Shown one piece after another: positions 63,327 through 64,000 of a stretch of DNA of 64,000 nt. The first letter of the stretch is position 1. Each line of letters opens with the position of its first letter. Source of the DNA: Candidatus Acidiferrales bacterium (GTDB lineage Bacteria > Acidobacteriota > Terriglobia > Acidiferrales > UBA7541). The notes beneath the pieces are model-generated. The model searched no databases. It saw only the letters and a list, made by a program, of their open reading frames with translations, and had not been told where the DNA came from. Made by a program: the position numbers and the translations under genes. The DNA is taken from assembly GCA_031296075.1 (NCBI GenBank), contig JARLGK010000046.1:13274-77273 (forward strand), in the 5' to 3' direction.

Positions 63327-64000
63327 CTACGATTCCGTGGGCCGCATCATCCTTCCGGCCATCCTGGCGATGAATCGCCGCGGCGCAAGTCGCTCACTTG
63401 CCACCATAAGCCCGTTCTTCGTTCCCGAAATCACGCAGCTTTTGCCCTGCGCGAGTCCCTCGAGGCCGACGCGGGCGACTTTCTCCGCCGTCTCCGCGCT
63501 GCGAAACACGCGGTCGGGCTGCTGTGCCACCTCTTGGAACTCCGTGGTCGTCGTACCGGGGCAAAGCGCGCAGACCCGGACCCCGAATTCGCGCAGCTCC
63601 TCGGCGATGCCCTCGGCGAAAATCAGGTCGAATGCTTTCGTGGCGGCATACGCTGAATTGAACGGCACGGCCTGGAATCCGGCCACCGACGCCACGATCA
63701 ACACGTCTCCATGTCCGCGCTTGACCATGGCGGGAACGTACAGCCGCGTCAGCTGCACCACCGCGGAACAGTTCACCTGGATCATTTCAAGCATGCGCGA
63801 TTCCGAAATCTCATGGACGTACCCGAACGCGCCAAATCCGGCGTTGTTTACCAGCAGCTCGACTTCGATCCCCTTCCCGGTCGTAAAAGCCAAGATTTCA
63901 GCTGGTGCTTCCGGCCGGACCAGGTCCGCGGCGAACACCTCGACCTTGATACCGTGCTTCGCGGAGAGATCAGCCGCAAGCTTTTGCAGCCGATCCGTTC
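63327..64000 (-). CDS. Short-chain dehydrogenase/reductase (SDR), 5'-truncated by window end
   Basis: LVNNAGFGAFG (NNAG), VASVAGFQAVPFNSAYAATKAF (S..Y...K catalytic motif), ALCPGTTTTEF. The reading frame stays open to position 64000. Confidence 0.85.
   Translation of the reverse strand, partial: TDRLQKLAADLSAKHGIKVEVFAADLVRPEAPAEILAFTTGKGIEVELLVNNAGFGAFGYVHEISESRMLEMIQVNCSAVVQLTRLYVPAMVKRGHGDVLIVASVAGFQAVPFNSAYAATKAFDLIFAEGIAEELREFGVRVCALCPGTTTTEFQEVAQQPDRVFRSAETAEKVARVGLEGLAQGKSCVISGTKNGLMVASERLAPRRFIARMAGRMMRPTES

Overview
This is a 64-kb, high-GC chromosomal segment. Hand counts of single 60-nt lines give 57-72% GC in most places. There are no rRNA genes, CRISPR arrays, transposases or integrases. 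The gene content points to an Acidobacteriota-type soil bacterium, but this is an inference. It rests on a >1,200-aa CarboxypepD_reg/TonB-type barrel protein, a TIGR03436-type VWA protein, and many secreted proteins with Gly/Pro/Asn low-complexity tracts. I call about 55 protein genes, one tRNA-Ser(CGA), one clear Rho-independent terminator, one sigma70-like promoter, and a family of short REP-like hairpins in intergenic DNA.

Housekeeping and metabolic genes:
- proC, tadA and acs.
- A divergent glycolate cluster: glcDEF opposite a hydroxypyruvate reductase, a GlcG-like protein and a glycerate kinase.
- A CzcBA-type RND efflux pair, SSS and APC transporters, a PQQ dehydrogenase and an M1 aminopeptidase.
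- An ECF sigma/anti-sigma pair.

The most interesting locus is a tightly coupled kaiC-kaiB-kaiB-crp operon at 28.5-31.7 kb.
- There is no kaiA and no clock-output histidine kinase in the window.
- KaiC carries a roughly 90-aa charged, coiled-coil-like C-terminal extension.
- Both KaiB paralogues carry basic N-terminal tails.
- A perfect 24-bp palindrome lies about 115 bp upstream of kaiC.

Other points worth a second look:
- A type III PKS / flavoprotein / YceI operon.
- Tandem FecR-like/aromatic-Gly secreted paralogues with very different disordered tails.
- A GalT-like / DUF218 / bactofilin / degenerate-methyltransferase operon.
- A Tat-signal-bearing member of the maleate isomerase/arylmalonate decarboxylase family.
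- A lower-GC patch next to the kai operon.

All functional calls come from reading motifs in the supplied translations. No database search was run. Family names therefore need HMM/BLAST confirmation, and start codons are best guesses from signal peptides and Shine-Dalgarno spacing.
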